Below are positions 12,401 to 22,400 of a stretch of 64,000 bases of DNA, one piece after another. A program made the position numbers and the translations under genes. Each line of letters opens with the position of its first letter. Position 1 is the first letter of the stretch. The notes under the pieces were generated by a model, which was not told where the DNA came from, searched no databases, and worked only from the letters and a program-made list of their open reading frames with translations. The stretch is taken from contig CBDCNQ010000001.1 in assembly GCA_965219445.1 (NCBI GenBank), forward strand, positions 128,001 through 192,000, written 5' to 3'. The DNA is from Longimicrobiales bacterium (GTDB lineage: Bacteria; Gemmatimonadota; Gemmatimonadetes; Longimicrobiales; Gaopeijiaceae).

Positions 12401-13657
12401 ATGATCTGGCTGTTAGCGAGTACCGCCGCTCTTTCGATCCTCATCTCCTCTCTGTGTTCCGCGTCGGAGACGGCGACGTTTGCGATCGGAACTTCAAGGC
12501 TTCGAACCATGGAGGAGGAGGGGTTCCGGGGCGCCGACGCCCTCACCGAGCTGAGAAACCGGGCTGAACAGACCCGTGCCGCCCTCCGCCTCTTGAGCAC
12601 GCTCTTCAACGCTCTGGCCGTGGGAAGCGTGGTTCTCCTGGGGTACACGCTGCGCGGTCCAGCCGGCGGCGGCCTGGGACTCCTCGCCGGCTCTCTTGCC
12701 GTCCTGATCTTCGGGCAAGGTCTCCCACGACTCCTTGCCTCACGGCACCCGATTCGGTTCGCTCTGGCTGCAGCCCCGGTCGTCCTCGCGGTGGAACACG
12801 GACTCGCGGCCGTCACCAAGCCCGTCCGCCGGCTTGCGGCTGGGATGATCCGAACCGAGGGGGCGGACGGGTCGAGCCAGGAGGAGCGCTATGTCCGTGA
12901 ACTCAGCCAATTGGGGCAGGAGGAGGGACTAGTCGGTGAAGACGAGCACCTGTTGGTGGAGCGCGCTTTCCGCCTGGACGAGTTGACCGCGTGGGACGTC
13001 ATGACGCCTCGCGTGGACATTTTCGCGTGGAAAGACTCCCTGACGCTCGAGGAGATCATCGGCGAACTCAAATCTGTGCCGTACTCACGTGTTCCGGTTT
13101 ACCGTGATACGACGGACGACATCTCGGGAATCTTGTACGTGCGGGAGGCCTACGAGAACTACGTCGCGGGCCGGACCACGATGACGCTGTCGCAGTTGGC
13201 CCGGGATCCGCTGTTCGTCCCGGGATCCCTCCCACTCACGCGCCTTCTCCATCAGTTCCAGGCCCGACGCATCCATATGGGGATCATTGCCGATGAATTC
13301 GGAGGTACGGACGGCCTCGCCACGCTCGAAGACATCATCGAGGAACTTGTGGGCGAAATCGTCGACGAAACGGACGTCGACGAAGAAGCGCTGATCCGGA
13401 TTTCCAAGACGGAGGTCATGGCACCCGGAGGCATCGACGTCCGTGAAATCAATTACGCCTTCAACGTCGCGCTGCCTCAGCTCGAGCACCGCTCGCTCAA
13501 CGGATTCATTCTCGAAGAGCTGGGGCACGTGCCCGAACCGGGCGAGACGGTGGAGCAGGCGGGCGTGAAGATAGAGATCCTGGCGGCTTCAGACACCCAG
13601 GTTCTGACCGCCCGCCTCACCAAGCTCGCTCTTGCAGACCGAGAAGAACCGGGATAG
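12401..13657 (+). CDS. CNNM/CBS/CorC-HlyC (hemolysin-family) membrane protein
   Basis: SASETA, VMTPRVD, YSRVPVY, DEFGGTDGLATLEDIIEELVGEI; GAGG RBS before ATG 12401. Confidence 0.92.
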   Translation: MIWLLASTAALSILISSLCSASETATFAIGTSRLRTMEEEGFRGADALTELRNRAEQTRAALRLLSTLFNALAVGSVVLLGYTLRGPAGGGLGLLAGSLAVLIFGQGLPRLLASRHPIRFALAAAPVVLAVEHGLAAVTKPVRRLAAGMIRTEGADGSSQEERYVRELSQLGQEEGLVGEDEHLLVERAFRLDELTAWDVMTPRVDIFAWKDSLTLEEIIGELKSVPYSRVPVYRDTTDDISGILYVREAYENYVAGRTTMTLSQLARDPLFVPGSLPLTRLLHQFQARRIHMGIIADEFGGTDGLATLEDIIEELVGEIVDETDVDEEALIRISKTEVMAPGGIDVREINYAFNVALPQLEHRSLNGFILEELGHVPEPGETVEQAGVKIEILAASDTQVLTARLTKLALADREEPG

Positions 13658-13677
13658 CTCGGCCAAGTCTCCCCAAA

Positions 13678-14310
13678 ATGGCGATCCTCCTTCCGTTCCA
13701 CGGCAAGCGGCCCCGAGTGGCCGAATCCGCGTTTATCGCACCCAACGCGGTACTCATCGGCGACGTTACGGTCGAGGAGGAAGCGAGCGTCTGGTTCGGT
13801 GCCGTGCTGAGAGGAGACGATGCCGAGAATGGCATCGTGGTGGGCGGGGGCACGAGCGTCCAAGACAACTGTGTGGTCCACGTCGGGGGTTGGGGGCCCA
13901 CCGTCATCGGCAACAATGTCACAGTGGGCCATGGAGCGAAATTCGAGAGCTGCACGATCGGCGACCGGTCCCTGATCGGCATGAACGTGGTGATCCTCCA
14001 GAACGCGCGAATCGGCACGGAGTGTATGATCGCGGCCAATGCCGTGGTGTTAGAGGGCGCCCAGATCCCCGACCGTAGCTTGGTCGCCGGTGTCCCCGGC
14101 GAGGTGAAGAAGCAGTTGGATGGTTCCGCCGCAGAGTGGGTGGCCCGAGGTGGACGGCATTATATCGAGCTCGCACGGACCTATCGCGCGGACCACATCG
14201 GGGAGGCGAACGCTCCCGTGTGCGAGCTATGCGGCGGCCCGATCATGGAGCGCCACTGCAAGGTCCTGTGCCTTTCGTGCGGCTACCAGCGGGACTGCTC
14301 AGATCCCTAA
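13678..14310 (+). CDS. Gamma-carbonic anhydrase family (LbH) protein with C-terminal CxxC zinc-finger tail
   Basis: IGDV...ASVWFGAVLRGD, VQDNCVVH, VTVGH; tail CELCGG...HCKVLCLSCGYQRDCSDP. Confidence 0.9.
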   Translation: MAILLPFHGKRPRVAESAFIAPNAVLIGDVTVEEEASVWFGAVLRGDDAENGIVVGGGTSVQDNCVVHVGGWGPTVIGNNVTVGHGAKFESCTIGDRSLIGMNVVILQNARIGTECMIAANAVVLEGAQIPDRSLVAGVPGEVKKQLDGSAAEWVARGGRHYIELARTYRADHIGEANAPVCELCGGPIMERHCKVLCLSCGYQRDCSDP

Positions 14311-15069
14311 CACGTTCGTCACGTACCAATCGATGATGTCGGAGCCGAAGCCGTAGGTCACCGCGGCACCAGCCGCGAGAAAGATCCCGAAAGGCACAAG
14401 CTTCTTCGTCTTGTACGAGATCGGCCCGAAAATCACGGACCCCAGCAGTGCCCCGAGGAAGATCGTCAAGAGCACACCCGGCATCCCCAGGAACGCTCCG
14501 ACCATGGCCATCATCTTGATGTCCCCACCCCCCATCGCATCCTTCTTGAACATCCACTTTCCGGCCACAGCCACGAACTCCAGAAGGCCGAACCCGAGGA
14601 CGGCCCCGAGGAGCGCCCCGAGCGGATCAATCCCACCGGGTAGAAAGGCGAGTCCCAGTCCGAGGACGAGTCCGCCCAGCGAGAACTGATCGGGGATGAT
14701 GTAGAATCGCGCATCGGTGAGGGCGATTCCGAAAAGGATGGTCAAGAGTAGGGCACCCCTCAAAGCCTCGAAGGAGAGTCCCGCGTAGCTGAACATGCCC
14801 GCCCACACGAGTCCGGTCGCCAACTCGACGAGGGGGTACTGTAGGGAGATCGAGTCGCGGCATGCCCGGCAGCGCCCACCCAACAGGACGTAGCCGATTA
14901 CGGGGACGTTGTCATACCATGGGATGGCCTCCCCGCATTTCGGACAATGGGAGCCGGGGAACACCACCGATTCGTCCTCCGGCCAACGGAACGTGCAGAC
15001 GTTCAGAAACGAACCGATCATCATTCCGAGTAGGCCGGCCAGAGCAGAGACGATCCAGGCGTCGATCAA
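14299..15069 (-). CDS. pilD: Prepilin peptidase (A24)
   Basis: GSFLNV, SHCPKC...WYDNVP...GRCRAC, MGGGDIK, PFGIFL. Confidence 0.93.
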   Translation of the reverse strand: MIDAWIVSALAGLLGMMIGSFLNVCTFRWPEDESVVFPGSHCPKCGEAIPWYDNVPVIGYVLLGGRCRACRDSISLQYPLVELATGLVWAGMFSYAGLSFEALRGALLLTILFGIALTDARFYIIPDQFSLGGLVLGLGLAFLPGGIDPLGALLGAVLGFGLLEFVAVAGKWMFKKDAMGGGDIKMMAMVGAFLGMPGVLLTIFLGALLGSVIFGPISYKTKKLVPFGIFLAAGAAVTYGFGSDIIDWYVTNVLGI

Positions 15070-15096
15070 GGCGGTACACTCCCACGAGTGAGCAGG

Positions 15097-15879
15097 CTAT
15101 TGAGCACGGGTGAGCAGGCTATAAAGAAGGATCGACCCCGCGATCCCAGCATTCAAGGATTCTGAGCCACCCGGCATCGGGATTGCGACGCCTTTCGTGG
15201 AGGCCGACGCGATCTCGGCGCGTACTCCCGTCCCCTCGTTACCGACGGCCAGAGCCCAGGAGGCGCCCGGTACGAATGAGCGGACATCTTCGCCGGCAGG
15301 ATCGGAGGCCAGAATCTCGATTCCCTGCTCTTCCAGCCACTGCCTGGCCTCGGCCCAAGGCGCCCGTGATATGGGCGTATAGAAACCGGCGCCCGCGGCG
15401 GCGCGGACGGCTTTCGGATTCCACGGGTCGACGGAACCATCCAGGACGATCACCGCATCCACGTCAAAGGCTCGGGCCGCCCGGATGAGCGTTCCCAGGT
15501 TGCCGGGGTCCTGCAATCCATCAAGAAGCAGCAGCCTCGACGGGGCACGGTCACGGAGCTCGCCGAGATTGAGTCGCGGCTCGCTGCAGACGCAGAGGAT
15601 GCCCTGGGGATGCTCGGTGGCCGAGAACTCGTCCAGGTCGGAATCGTCCACCTCGTCGACGTCCGGCACCCCCCCCGCCAGTATGGAGGCGACGACGCGG
15701 CCGGCCTCGGTACCGAGCAAGCGAGGCGATTGAACCGCAAAGCGGATGTCGGCTCCGGCTGCCAACACCTCGGCCACCGAGCGCACGCCCTCGACCAGCA
15801 CGAGTCCCTCGCGTGGCCGGCCCTTGCGCGTCTTGAGCCGCTCGATGAGTCGTCGCCTGCTCTTGCTCAGCATCCGCAT
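15097..15879 (-). CDS. TrmH/SpoU-family RNA methyltransferase
   Basis: LVEGVR, LQDPGNLGTLIRAA, GNEGTG, IPM...ESLNA; start placed at MRMLSK. Confidence 0.92.
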   Translation of the reverse strand: MRMLSKSRRRLIERLKTRKGRPREGLVLVEGVRSVAEVLAAGADIRFAVQSPRLLGTEAGRVVASILAGGVPDVDEVDDSDLDEFSATEHPQGILCVCSEPRLNLGELRDRAPSRLLLLDGLQDPGNLGTLIRAARAFDVDAVIVLDGSVDPWNPKAVRAAAGAGFYTPISRAPWAEARQWLEEQGIEILASDPAGEDVRSFVPGASWALAVGNEGTGVRAEIASASTKGVAIPMPGGSESLNAGIAGSILLYSLLTRAQ

Positions 15880-15900
15880 TCCAATCAGTGTGTGGACTCC

Positions 15901-16707
15901 ATGGATAACCCACCTCCCGTAGCCCTCACAATCGCCGGCAGCGACAGCGGGGGCGGAGCCGGCATCCAAGCCGACCTCAAGACATTCCATGCCTTCGGCG
16001 TTTTCGGGTGCAGTGCGCTCACCGCCGTGACCGCTCAGAACACGCTCGAGGTCGCCGCCGTGCACGCCATTCCCGAGCAGATGGTCCGCGCGCAGATCCG
16101 GGCCGTCGCCTCGGACATGTCGTTGGACGCGGTCAAGACCGGTATGCTTGCCACGGCAGCCTTGGTGGAGACCGTGGCCCATGCAATCGTTGAGCACCGG
16201 CTGCCTAATTACGTGCTCGATCCGGTGATGATTTCCACGAGCGGACACCGTCTGCTCGATCGTGAGGCCGAGGACACCATCCTGCGGGAGCTCATCCCTC
16301 TGGCCCTCGTCGTCACCCCAAACCTCCATGAAGCGCGCATCCTCACCGGTCTGCCGGTCGAGACTGCGAGTGATCTGGCGGATGCCGCACGGGCGATCCT
16401 CGACCTCGGTGCTCGCGCAGCTCTCGTGAAGGGTGGGCACCTGGCTGGAGACGAGGCCGTCGATCTGCTGCTGACAGAGGAGGGAGAGCATATCTGGTCT
16501 CGACCTCGCATCTCCACGCGCGCCGGGCACGGCACAGGCTGCACACTCTCCGCGGCGCTGGCGGCGGGCTTGGCGGCGGGCCGATCCCTACCGGCCGCGG
16601 CCGCGGCGGCCGTGGATTTCGTTGCGCGGGCCCTCGCCGATGCACCTGGGTTGGGTGCCGGGCGGGGACCGATCAACCACTTCGTGGGAGTAAAGAGATG
16701 GGAGTGA
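15901..16707 (+). CDS. thiD: Hydroxymethylpyrimidine/phosphomethylpyrimidine kinase
   Basis: [46 protein letters not shown]. Confidence 0.96.
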   Translation: MDNPPPVALTIAGSDSGGGAGIQADLKTFHAFGVFGCSALTAVTAQNTLEVAAVHAIPEQMVRAQIRAVASDMSLDAVKTGMLATAALVETVAHAIVEHRLPNYVLDPVMISTSGHRLLDREAEDTILRELIPLALVVTPNLHEARILTGLPVETASDLADAARAILDLGARAALVKGGHLAGDEAVDLLLTEEGEHIWSRPRISTRAGHGTGCTLSAALAAGLAAGRSLPAAAAAAVDFVARALADAPGLGAGRGPINHFVGVKRWE

Positions 16708-16943
16708 CCGTGAGCATCGTGTTCGGCTCCGGCATGCTGCGGATCCCCGACATGGTGCGCGCCGGCATCTGGATCAACACATTAGGGATCGTGGTGATCT
16801 CGCTGCTGGCTTATCCGCTGGTCGGTATGCTGTTCTGATCCTGCACGGCGAGCCTGATTTCGGGAAACGCTCCTACCGACCTGCCATTCTGGCACCGTAT
16901 ATCCTGAAAAGCCGCCAGTTTGGCCGATCCTCGGTCCATTCGC

Positions 16944-16960
16944 TCGGCATGATGATTGCA
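16944..16960 (+). promoter_or_regulatory. Candidate sigma54 (-24/-12) promoter upstream of dnaK
   Basis: TCGGCATGATGATTGCA: GG-N10-GC spacing with TTGCA, about 110 nt before the dnaK start. Confidence 0.4.
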
Positions 16961-17071
16961 AACCCATCAACCGATACGCTTCGACGACGCCCGGCACCCG
17001 CCACACCGGACCGTCACCCGTCATACAAGAATCTTGGCCACCACGGCCTTGGCGCACACTGAGGAGCAGAC

Positions 17072-19015
17072 ATGGGAAAGGTTATCGGCATCGATCTGGG
17101 CACTACCAATTCGGTCGTAGCGGTCATGGAAGGTGGTGAGCCGGTCGTGATCCCCAACTCCGAAGGTGGCCGTACCACTCCTTCCGTTGTCGCGTTCACT
17201 AAAGAGGGAGAACGGCTCGTGGGTCAGGTGGCACGCCGCCAGGCGATCACCAATCCCGAAAACACGATCTTCTCGATCAAGCGCTTCATGGGCCGCAAGG
17301 GCGACGAGGTAACGGCGGAACAGAAGCTCGTCCCCTACGAAGTGAAGACCGACTCCAAGGGACGCGTGGAGATCAAGGTCCCCAACGCGGACAAGACGTT
17401 CACACCCCCCGAGATCTCGGCGATGGTCCTGCAGAAGATGAAGCAAACCGCCGAGGACTACCTGGGCCAGAAGGTTGAACAGGCGGTTATTACGGTTCCG
17501 GCCTATTTCAACGATGCACAGCGCCAGGCCACCAAAGACGCGGGTAAGGTCGCGGGCCTCGACGTACTTCGAATCATCAACGAGCCCACCGCTGCCGCTC
17601 TCGCCTACGGGCTCGACAAGAAGGCCGACGAGAAGATCGCCGTGTTCGACCTCGGTGGCGGCACGTACGACATTTCCGTCCTAGAACTCGGTGACGGCGT
17701 CTTCGAGGTGAAGTCGACCAATGGAGACACACACCTGGGTGGGGACGACTTCGACCAGAAGGTCATCGACTGGCTGGTCACGGAGTTCAAGAAGGACCAG
17801 GGGATCGATCTCTCCCAGGACGCGATGGCTCTCCAGCGCCTGAAGGAGGCGGCAGAGAAGGCCAAAATGGAGCTTTCTTCGACGCAACAGACCGACATCA
17901 ACCTACCCTTCATTACGGCAACCCAGGAGGGGCCGAAGCACCTCAACTACTCGTTGACGAGAGCGAAGTTCGAACAGCTGGTCGACGATCTCGTCCAGCG
18001 GACGATGCCGCCCATGAAGAAGGCACTCGAGGACGCGGGGATCGAGCCATCGGCGATCGACGAGGTGATTCTGGTCGGGGGTTCGACGCGGATTCCCAAG
18101 ATCCAGGAACTCGTCGAGGGGTTCTTCGGCAAGGAGCCTCACAAGGGCGTGAATCCCGACGAAGTAGTCGGCGTGGGTGCTTCCATCCAAGCGGGCGTCT
18201 TGGCCGGGGACGTGACCGACGTGCTGCTCCTGGACGTCACGCCACTATCACTCGGTATCGAGACGCTCGGGGGCGTGATGACGCCGCTGATCACGCGAAA
18301 CACTACGATCCCGACCGAAAAGGCCGAAATCTTCTCCACGGCCGAGGACAACCAGACCACAGTCGAGATCCACGTACTCCAGGGCGAGCGGAAGATGGCA
18401 CTCGACAACAAGACGATCGGCAAGTTCCAGCTCACGGGCATACCACCGGCACAACGTGGTATCCCTCAGATCGAGGTCACGTTCGACATCGACGCCAACG
18501 GAATCCTGCACGTAAAAGCCAAGGACAACGCGACGAGCAAAGAGCAGAAGATCCGTATCGAGGCGTCGAGTGGCTTGAGCGACAGCGAGATCGATAAAAT
18601 GGTCAAGGACGCGGAGGCCCACGCCGGCGAGGACGAAGAGCGCCGGGCGAACGTCGAGGCGCGCAACCAGCTCGATTCGCTCGTCTATCAGGTCGAAAAG
18701 GACTCCGCCGAGTGGGGCGATCAGGTCTCGGTCTCGGAGGGCACGAAGGAACAGCTCGACAGCGCCGTCGCGAGCGCCAAGGAAGCGCTCAAGGGGGATG
18801 ATACGACGACCTTCAATTCGGCTAGTGATGAACTCATGCAGGCCTTCAGTGCTGCCGGCCAGGAGATGTATCAGGCGCAGGCCGCCGAGGCTGAGGCTGA
18901 GGCAGGCTCCGAGGACGAAGCCACGGATGGCGCCGGAACGGAGGAGGAGGAGGAGGGAGACGCCCAAGAGACCGATGAGGAGGTCGTGGAAGCCGACTAC
19001 GAAATCGTTGAGTAA
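17072..19015 (+). CDS. dnaK: Chaperone DnaK (Hsp70)
   Basis: [48 protein letters not shown]. Confidence 0.99.
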   Translation: MGKVIGIDLGTTNSVVAVMEGGEPVVIPNSEGGRTTPSVVAFTKEGERLVGQVARRQAITNPENTIFSIKRFMGRKGDEVTAEQKLVPYEVKTDSKGRVEIKVPNADKTFTPPEISAMVLQKMKQTAEDYLGQKVEQAVITVPAYFNDAQRQATKDAGKVAGLDVLRIINEPTAAALAYGLDKKADEKIAVFDLGGGTYDISVLELGDGVFEVKSTNGDTHLGGDDFDQKVIDWLVTEFKKDQGIDLSQDAMALQRLKEAAEKAKMELSSTQQTDINLPFITATQEGPKHLNYSLTRAKFEQLVDDLVQRTMPPMKKALEDAGIEPSAIDEVILVGGSTRIPKIQELVEGFFGKEPHKGVNPDEVVGVGASIQAGVLAGDVTDVLLLDVTPLSLGIETLGGVMTPLITRNTTIPTEKAEIFSTAEDNQTTVEIHVLQGERKMALDNKTIGKFQLTGIPPAQRGIPQIEVTFDIDANGILHVKAKDNATSKEQKIRIEASSGLSDSEIDKMVKDAEAHAGEDEERRANVEARNQLDSLVYQVEKDSAEWGDQVSVSEGTKEQLDSAVASAKEALKGDDTTTFNSASDELMQAFSAAGQEMYQAQAAEAEAEAGSEDEATDGAGTEEEEEGDAQETDEEVVEADYEIVE

Positions 19016-19038
19016 GTAAGATTGCTTGGTCTATTTCG

Positions 19039-19192
19039 ACGCCGACCTGAATTCCCCTTCCCGGGGCGGCGGTGCCGGCCACCCATTGAGAGATGGGGAG
19101 CGGGACAACCGTCAGGGCCTTGCGGTTGATCCAAGTCAGAGTGGAGAGTGGAGTGGACCGCCCGGTCGCCGGGCGTGTAGTAGGTCGCGCGT
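19039..19192 (+). ncRNA. Candidate 6S-like RNA (long irregular hairpin with central bubble)
   Basis: Nested pairings found by eye: 19039-48/19182-92, 19060-64/19169-73, 19068-73/19157-62, 19079-82/19153-56, about 20-nt bubble strands, terminal stem AACCG/CGGTT. Confidence 0.5.
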
Positions 19193-19243
19193 GGGCGGAT
19201 GCGCACACGTAGTCCTTCCATCTGAAGTGTGAGGAAACTGTCC

Positions 19244-20788
19244 ATGTATGATCCGTTTCGTGCCAAAGTGAAGGTCGCCTTCTACACTGCGGCCGCGGCT
19301 CTCATGGGGCTCGGAATCGCGTCCACGCTCGGATGGAGTGGCGCGTCCCATCCGATGCTCGTTATCGGAAGCCAGCCGCAGATCCCGATCCAAGCTGTCC
19401 AGCCGGCACTCGACCTCAGCGACGCGTTCGTCAACGTCGCCGAGGTCGTCACGCCAGCGGTGGTGCGGATCGAAGCACGACGGCAACCTGGGTCTGCCCG
19501 TCCGCAAACGCGGCGCCTGCGCGTGCCCAACCCGAATCCCCAGGACCGGCCGGATCGGGTTTCAGGAGGGAGCGGGTTCATCATCTCCGACGATGGTTAC
19601 ATCCTCACCAACAACCACGTGGTCGACAACGCGGACCAACTCACCGTTTTTCTCCAGGATCGGCGCTCTTTGCCCGCCGCGGTCGTGGGACGGGACCCGT
19701 TTACGGACGTGGCGGTGATCAAGATCGAGGCACCCGATCTGACCAAGCTCAACTTCGGGAGTTCGGCCGACCTCCGTGTCGGAGAATGGATCGTGGCCAT
19801 CGGCAACCCCGGCTTCAGTGGCGCCCGTAGTCCATTGGATTACACGGTGACGGTAGGGATCGTCAGCGCGCTTGGACGCCCCCTCGACTTGCTTCAGCGG
19901 GGGCTCCGGGAGGACCAGGAAACCAGGCCAAACAGCGGGTTCGCCATCGAGGATTTCATCCAAACCGACGCGGTGATCAACCCCGGCAATTCGGGGGGAC
20001 CGATGGTGAACCTCAGGGGGCAGGTGGTCGGAATCAATTCCGCCATCGCCAGCCAGACGGGATACTACCAGGGGTACGGATTCGCGATTCCGATCGACCT
20101 GGCCTACCGGGTCACGGAAGATCTGATCGAGTACGGCCGTGTACGTAGGGCCTGGCTCGGCGTCGGCATGCGGGCGATCGACCAGATCTCGGCCGAGAGT
20201 TACGGCCTCCCCACAGTCTCGGGAGTCGAGTTGACGCTCATCACCGAGGGCGGCCCGTCGGAGGCCCAGGGCCTCCGCGTGTACGACGTAATCGTTGAAA
20301 TCGACGGCCAGCCGATCGGACGAGTGGGGCAGATGCAGCAGGCGATCGCGATGAAACGCCCGGGTGACCGCATCAGCGTCGGGGTGTACCGAGACGGCGC
20401 ACCGGTGACCGTGAACATCCGGCTCGGCGAAGCTCCCCTTCAGGCGCAGCCTGTGGTCGAAGCCTCCACAGCGCCCGTGCGTGAAGAAGAACGGATGGAC
20501 GACAAGCTCGGACTGCGAATCGAAGACATGGATCGTGAGAGCGCCGGGGAGTTCGGCTACGACGACGTGGACGGCGTCGTGATCACGGACGTTGAGGTGA
20601 ACGGTCCGGCAGCACGGCGGGGGGTCGTTCCGGGCTTCAAGATCCTCGAGCTCAACCGCGAGGCGGTCGACGACATGTCGGACATCCGGCGGATCATGGC
20701 GGGGGTGAACCCGGGAGAGATTGTGACTCTCCACGTCGCTACGCCCAACGACCAGCGGATGATCATCCACGTCCGGGTTTCGGGGTAG
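19244..20788 (+). CDS. DegP/HtrA (Do-family) serine protease with two PDZ domains
   Basis: GSGFIIS.DGYILTNNHVV, TDVAVIKI, IQTDAVINPGNSGGP. Confidence 0.95.
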   Translation: MYDPFRAKVKVAFYTAAAALMGLGIASTLGWSGASHPMLVIGSQPQIPIQAVQPALDLSDAFVNVAEVVTPAVVRIEARRQPGSARPQTRRLRVPNPNPQDRPDRVSGGSGFIISDDGYILTNNHVVDNADQLTVFLQDRRSLPAAVVGRDPFTDVAVIKIEAPDLTKLNFGSSADLRVGEWIVAIGNPGFSGARSPLDYTVTVGIVSALGRPLDLLQRGLREDQETRPNSGFAIEDFIQTDAVINPGNSGGPMVNLRGQVVGINSAIASQTGYYQGYGFAIPIDLAYRVTEDLIEYGRVRRAWLGVGMRAIDQISAESYGLPTVSGVELTLITEGGPSEAQGLRVYDVIVEIDGQPIGRVGQMQQAIAMKRPGDRISVGVYRDGAPVTVNIRLGEAPLQAQPVVEASTAPVREEERMDDKLGLRIEDMDRESAGEFGYDDVDGVVITDVEVNGPAARRGVVPGFKILELNREAVDDMSDIRRIMAGVNPGEIVTLHVATPNDQRMIIHVRVSG

Positions 20789-20830
20789 CGATCGAGGGAT
20801 TCGAAGTAACGACGAACCGGTTCGACTACG

Positions 20831-20875
20831 CGCGAGGGGCGCGTCGCCTTCGGGTGGCGCGCCCCTCGTGTTTCG
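20831..20875 (+). terminator. Intrinsic terminator-like hairpin after the degP-like gene
   Basis: CGCGAGGGGCGCGTCGCC-TTCG-GGTGGCGCGCCCCTCGTG followed by TTT. Confidence 0.7.
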
Positions 20876-20998
20876 TCATCCCTTCGTCGTCGGGGCGGGA
20901 GGACGGCCAACAGCCGGGACCGTCCCGTTGATGGGGTTTTCGGGCCCCGTTATCTTTGGATCAACCGAGTTACCTACCCGATTCCATGCCCCATCTCT

Positions 20999-21081
20999 GC
21001 GAAAGTGGCGGAATTGGTAGACGCGCAGGATTTAGGATCCTGTGGCTTCATGCCGTGGGGGTTCGAGTCCCCCCTTTCGCA
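20999..21081 (+). tRNA. tRNA-Leu(TAG), CCA not encoded
   Basis: GCGAAAG/CTTTCGC acceptor stem, GGAATTGGTAGAC D arm, CAGGA-TTTAGGA-TCCTG anticodon arm, long variable arm, GGTTCGAGTCC; usual position upstream of tig. Confidence 0.97.
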
Positions 21082-21113
21082 TTCAAGGTCTATTGATTCC
21101 GAAGCGAGTGTAA

Positions 21114-22376
21114 ATGGCCATTGAGGGGACGCAACTCCAAATTTCTGTCGAAGAAGGCGAGCGGTGGCGCCGGACCATGAGCGTCACGGTTCCCTCCGGC
21201 GTTGTTAGTTCCGAGCGGCGCCGGCTTACCGGTGAGCTCGCCGCGCGCGTCAAGCTTCCAGGATTTCGTAAGGGTCACGTACCGTCTTCTGTCGTTGAGA
21301 AACGTTTCGGAGACTCGTTGAGCCGGGAGGCCCTCGACAAGCTCATCGGGGCCGCATATCGGGAGGCGCTTAACCAGGAGGAGCTCAGCCCGATTTCTGA
21401 GGGGGAGGTCGGTAACGTCCAGTACGAACCGGACCGGGACCTCACCTTCTCGATCTCCTTCGACGTGCGACCGGAGATAGAGCTTCCGCGACTCGGAGGG
21501 TTCAAGGTTGAACGGCCCCCGCTCGAGGGTTCGGATGACAAGCTCCAGGAGGTCTTGAAGCGGCTCCGGGAGGAGAGAGGCACTTGGCAACCGTTGGACG
21601 GGGGCCGCCCCGAGGACGGAGAACTGGTCGGTGTGGAAATCCAACGGATCGAAGACGGTGAAGCCGGGGAGGTGCAACCCTACCAGTTCATTCTCGGGCA
21701 GGGAGACGCCATCACCGACATCGAAGAAGCGATCAAATCGCTGGAGGTCGGGGGATCCGGTGAGTTCGTCGTTCGCTTTCCTGACGACTTGCCCAATGAG
21801 GAACGCCGAGGCCAGGAAGAGCAGCTCCTCGTTAGCCTGGACTCTCGGCAAGGCCTCGAGTTGCCGGAGCTGGACGCCGACTTCGCGAAGAGCCTCGGGG
21901 AATTCGAGGGCGTCGACGACTTGAACGAGAAAATTCGGGCGGATTTGGAGAAGGAAGCGGAGGAGCAAGCCGAATCAGTGGTTCGGGGAAAGCTTCTGGA
22001 CGCGATTCTGGAGGCGAATCCCTTTACGGTACCGGTTTCAATGGTGGACCGTTACGTGCAATCGGTGCTTGGCAATCCCGAGGGAGTGACCCCCGAGAAG
22101 CTGGCCGAGGCCAAGGAGCAGATCTCGCCTCAGGCTGAGCAGGCGGTAAAACGGATCTTGGCGATCGACCGCATATCGGAAATACAAGATCTTCGGACCA
22201 CCGAAGAGGAACTCGACGGCCGAATCGAAGAGATCGCCGAAAGAAGCGGGGACACGCCCGCGCAAATTTATGCCAATCTACAGAAGAACGAGAGGCTCGA
22301 AGCACTGGAGCGCGAGATTACCGAGCGAAAGGTGTTCGACTTTCTCAAAGAACAATCGGAAATCACCGAGAACTGA
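21114..22376 (+). CDS. tig: Trigger factor
   Basis: LPGFRKGHVP signature; tRNA-Leu-tig-clpP-clpX-lon order. Confidence 0.96.
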   Translation: MAIEGTQLQISVEEGERWRRTMSVTVPSGVVSSERRRLTGELAARVKLPGFRKGHVPSSVVEKRFGDSLSREALDKLIGAAYREALNQEELSPISEGEVGNVQYEPDRDLTFSISFDVRPEIELPRLGGFKVERPPLEGSDDKLQEVLKRLREERGTWQPLDGGRPEDGELVGVEIQRIEDGEAGEVQPYQFILGQGDAITDIEEAIKSLEVGGSGEFVVRFPDDLPNEERRGQEEQLLVSLDSRQGLELPELDADFAKSLGEFEGVDDLNEKIRADLEKEAEEQAESVVRGKLLDAILEANPFTVPVSMVDRYVQSVLGNPEGVTPEKLAEAKEQISPQAEQAVKRILAIDRISEIQDLRTTEEELDGRIEEIAERSGDTPAQIYANLQKNERLEALEREITERKVFDFLKEQSEITEN

Positions 22377-22400
22377 CCCCACGGGAGTGACCTGCCAACC

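Noticed and set aside
15880..16530. Long N-terminal extension of the TrmH ORF (477 aa)
   Set aside because: Antisense to thiD; methyltransferase similarity starts at about 15879
18880..19000. GAG-rich repeats at the dnaK 3' end
   Set aside because: They encode the usual acidic disordered tail
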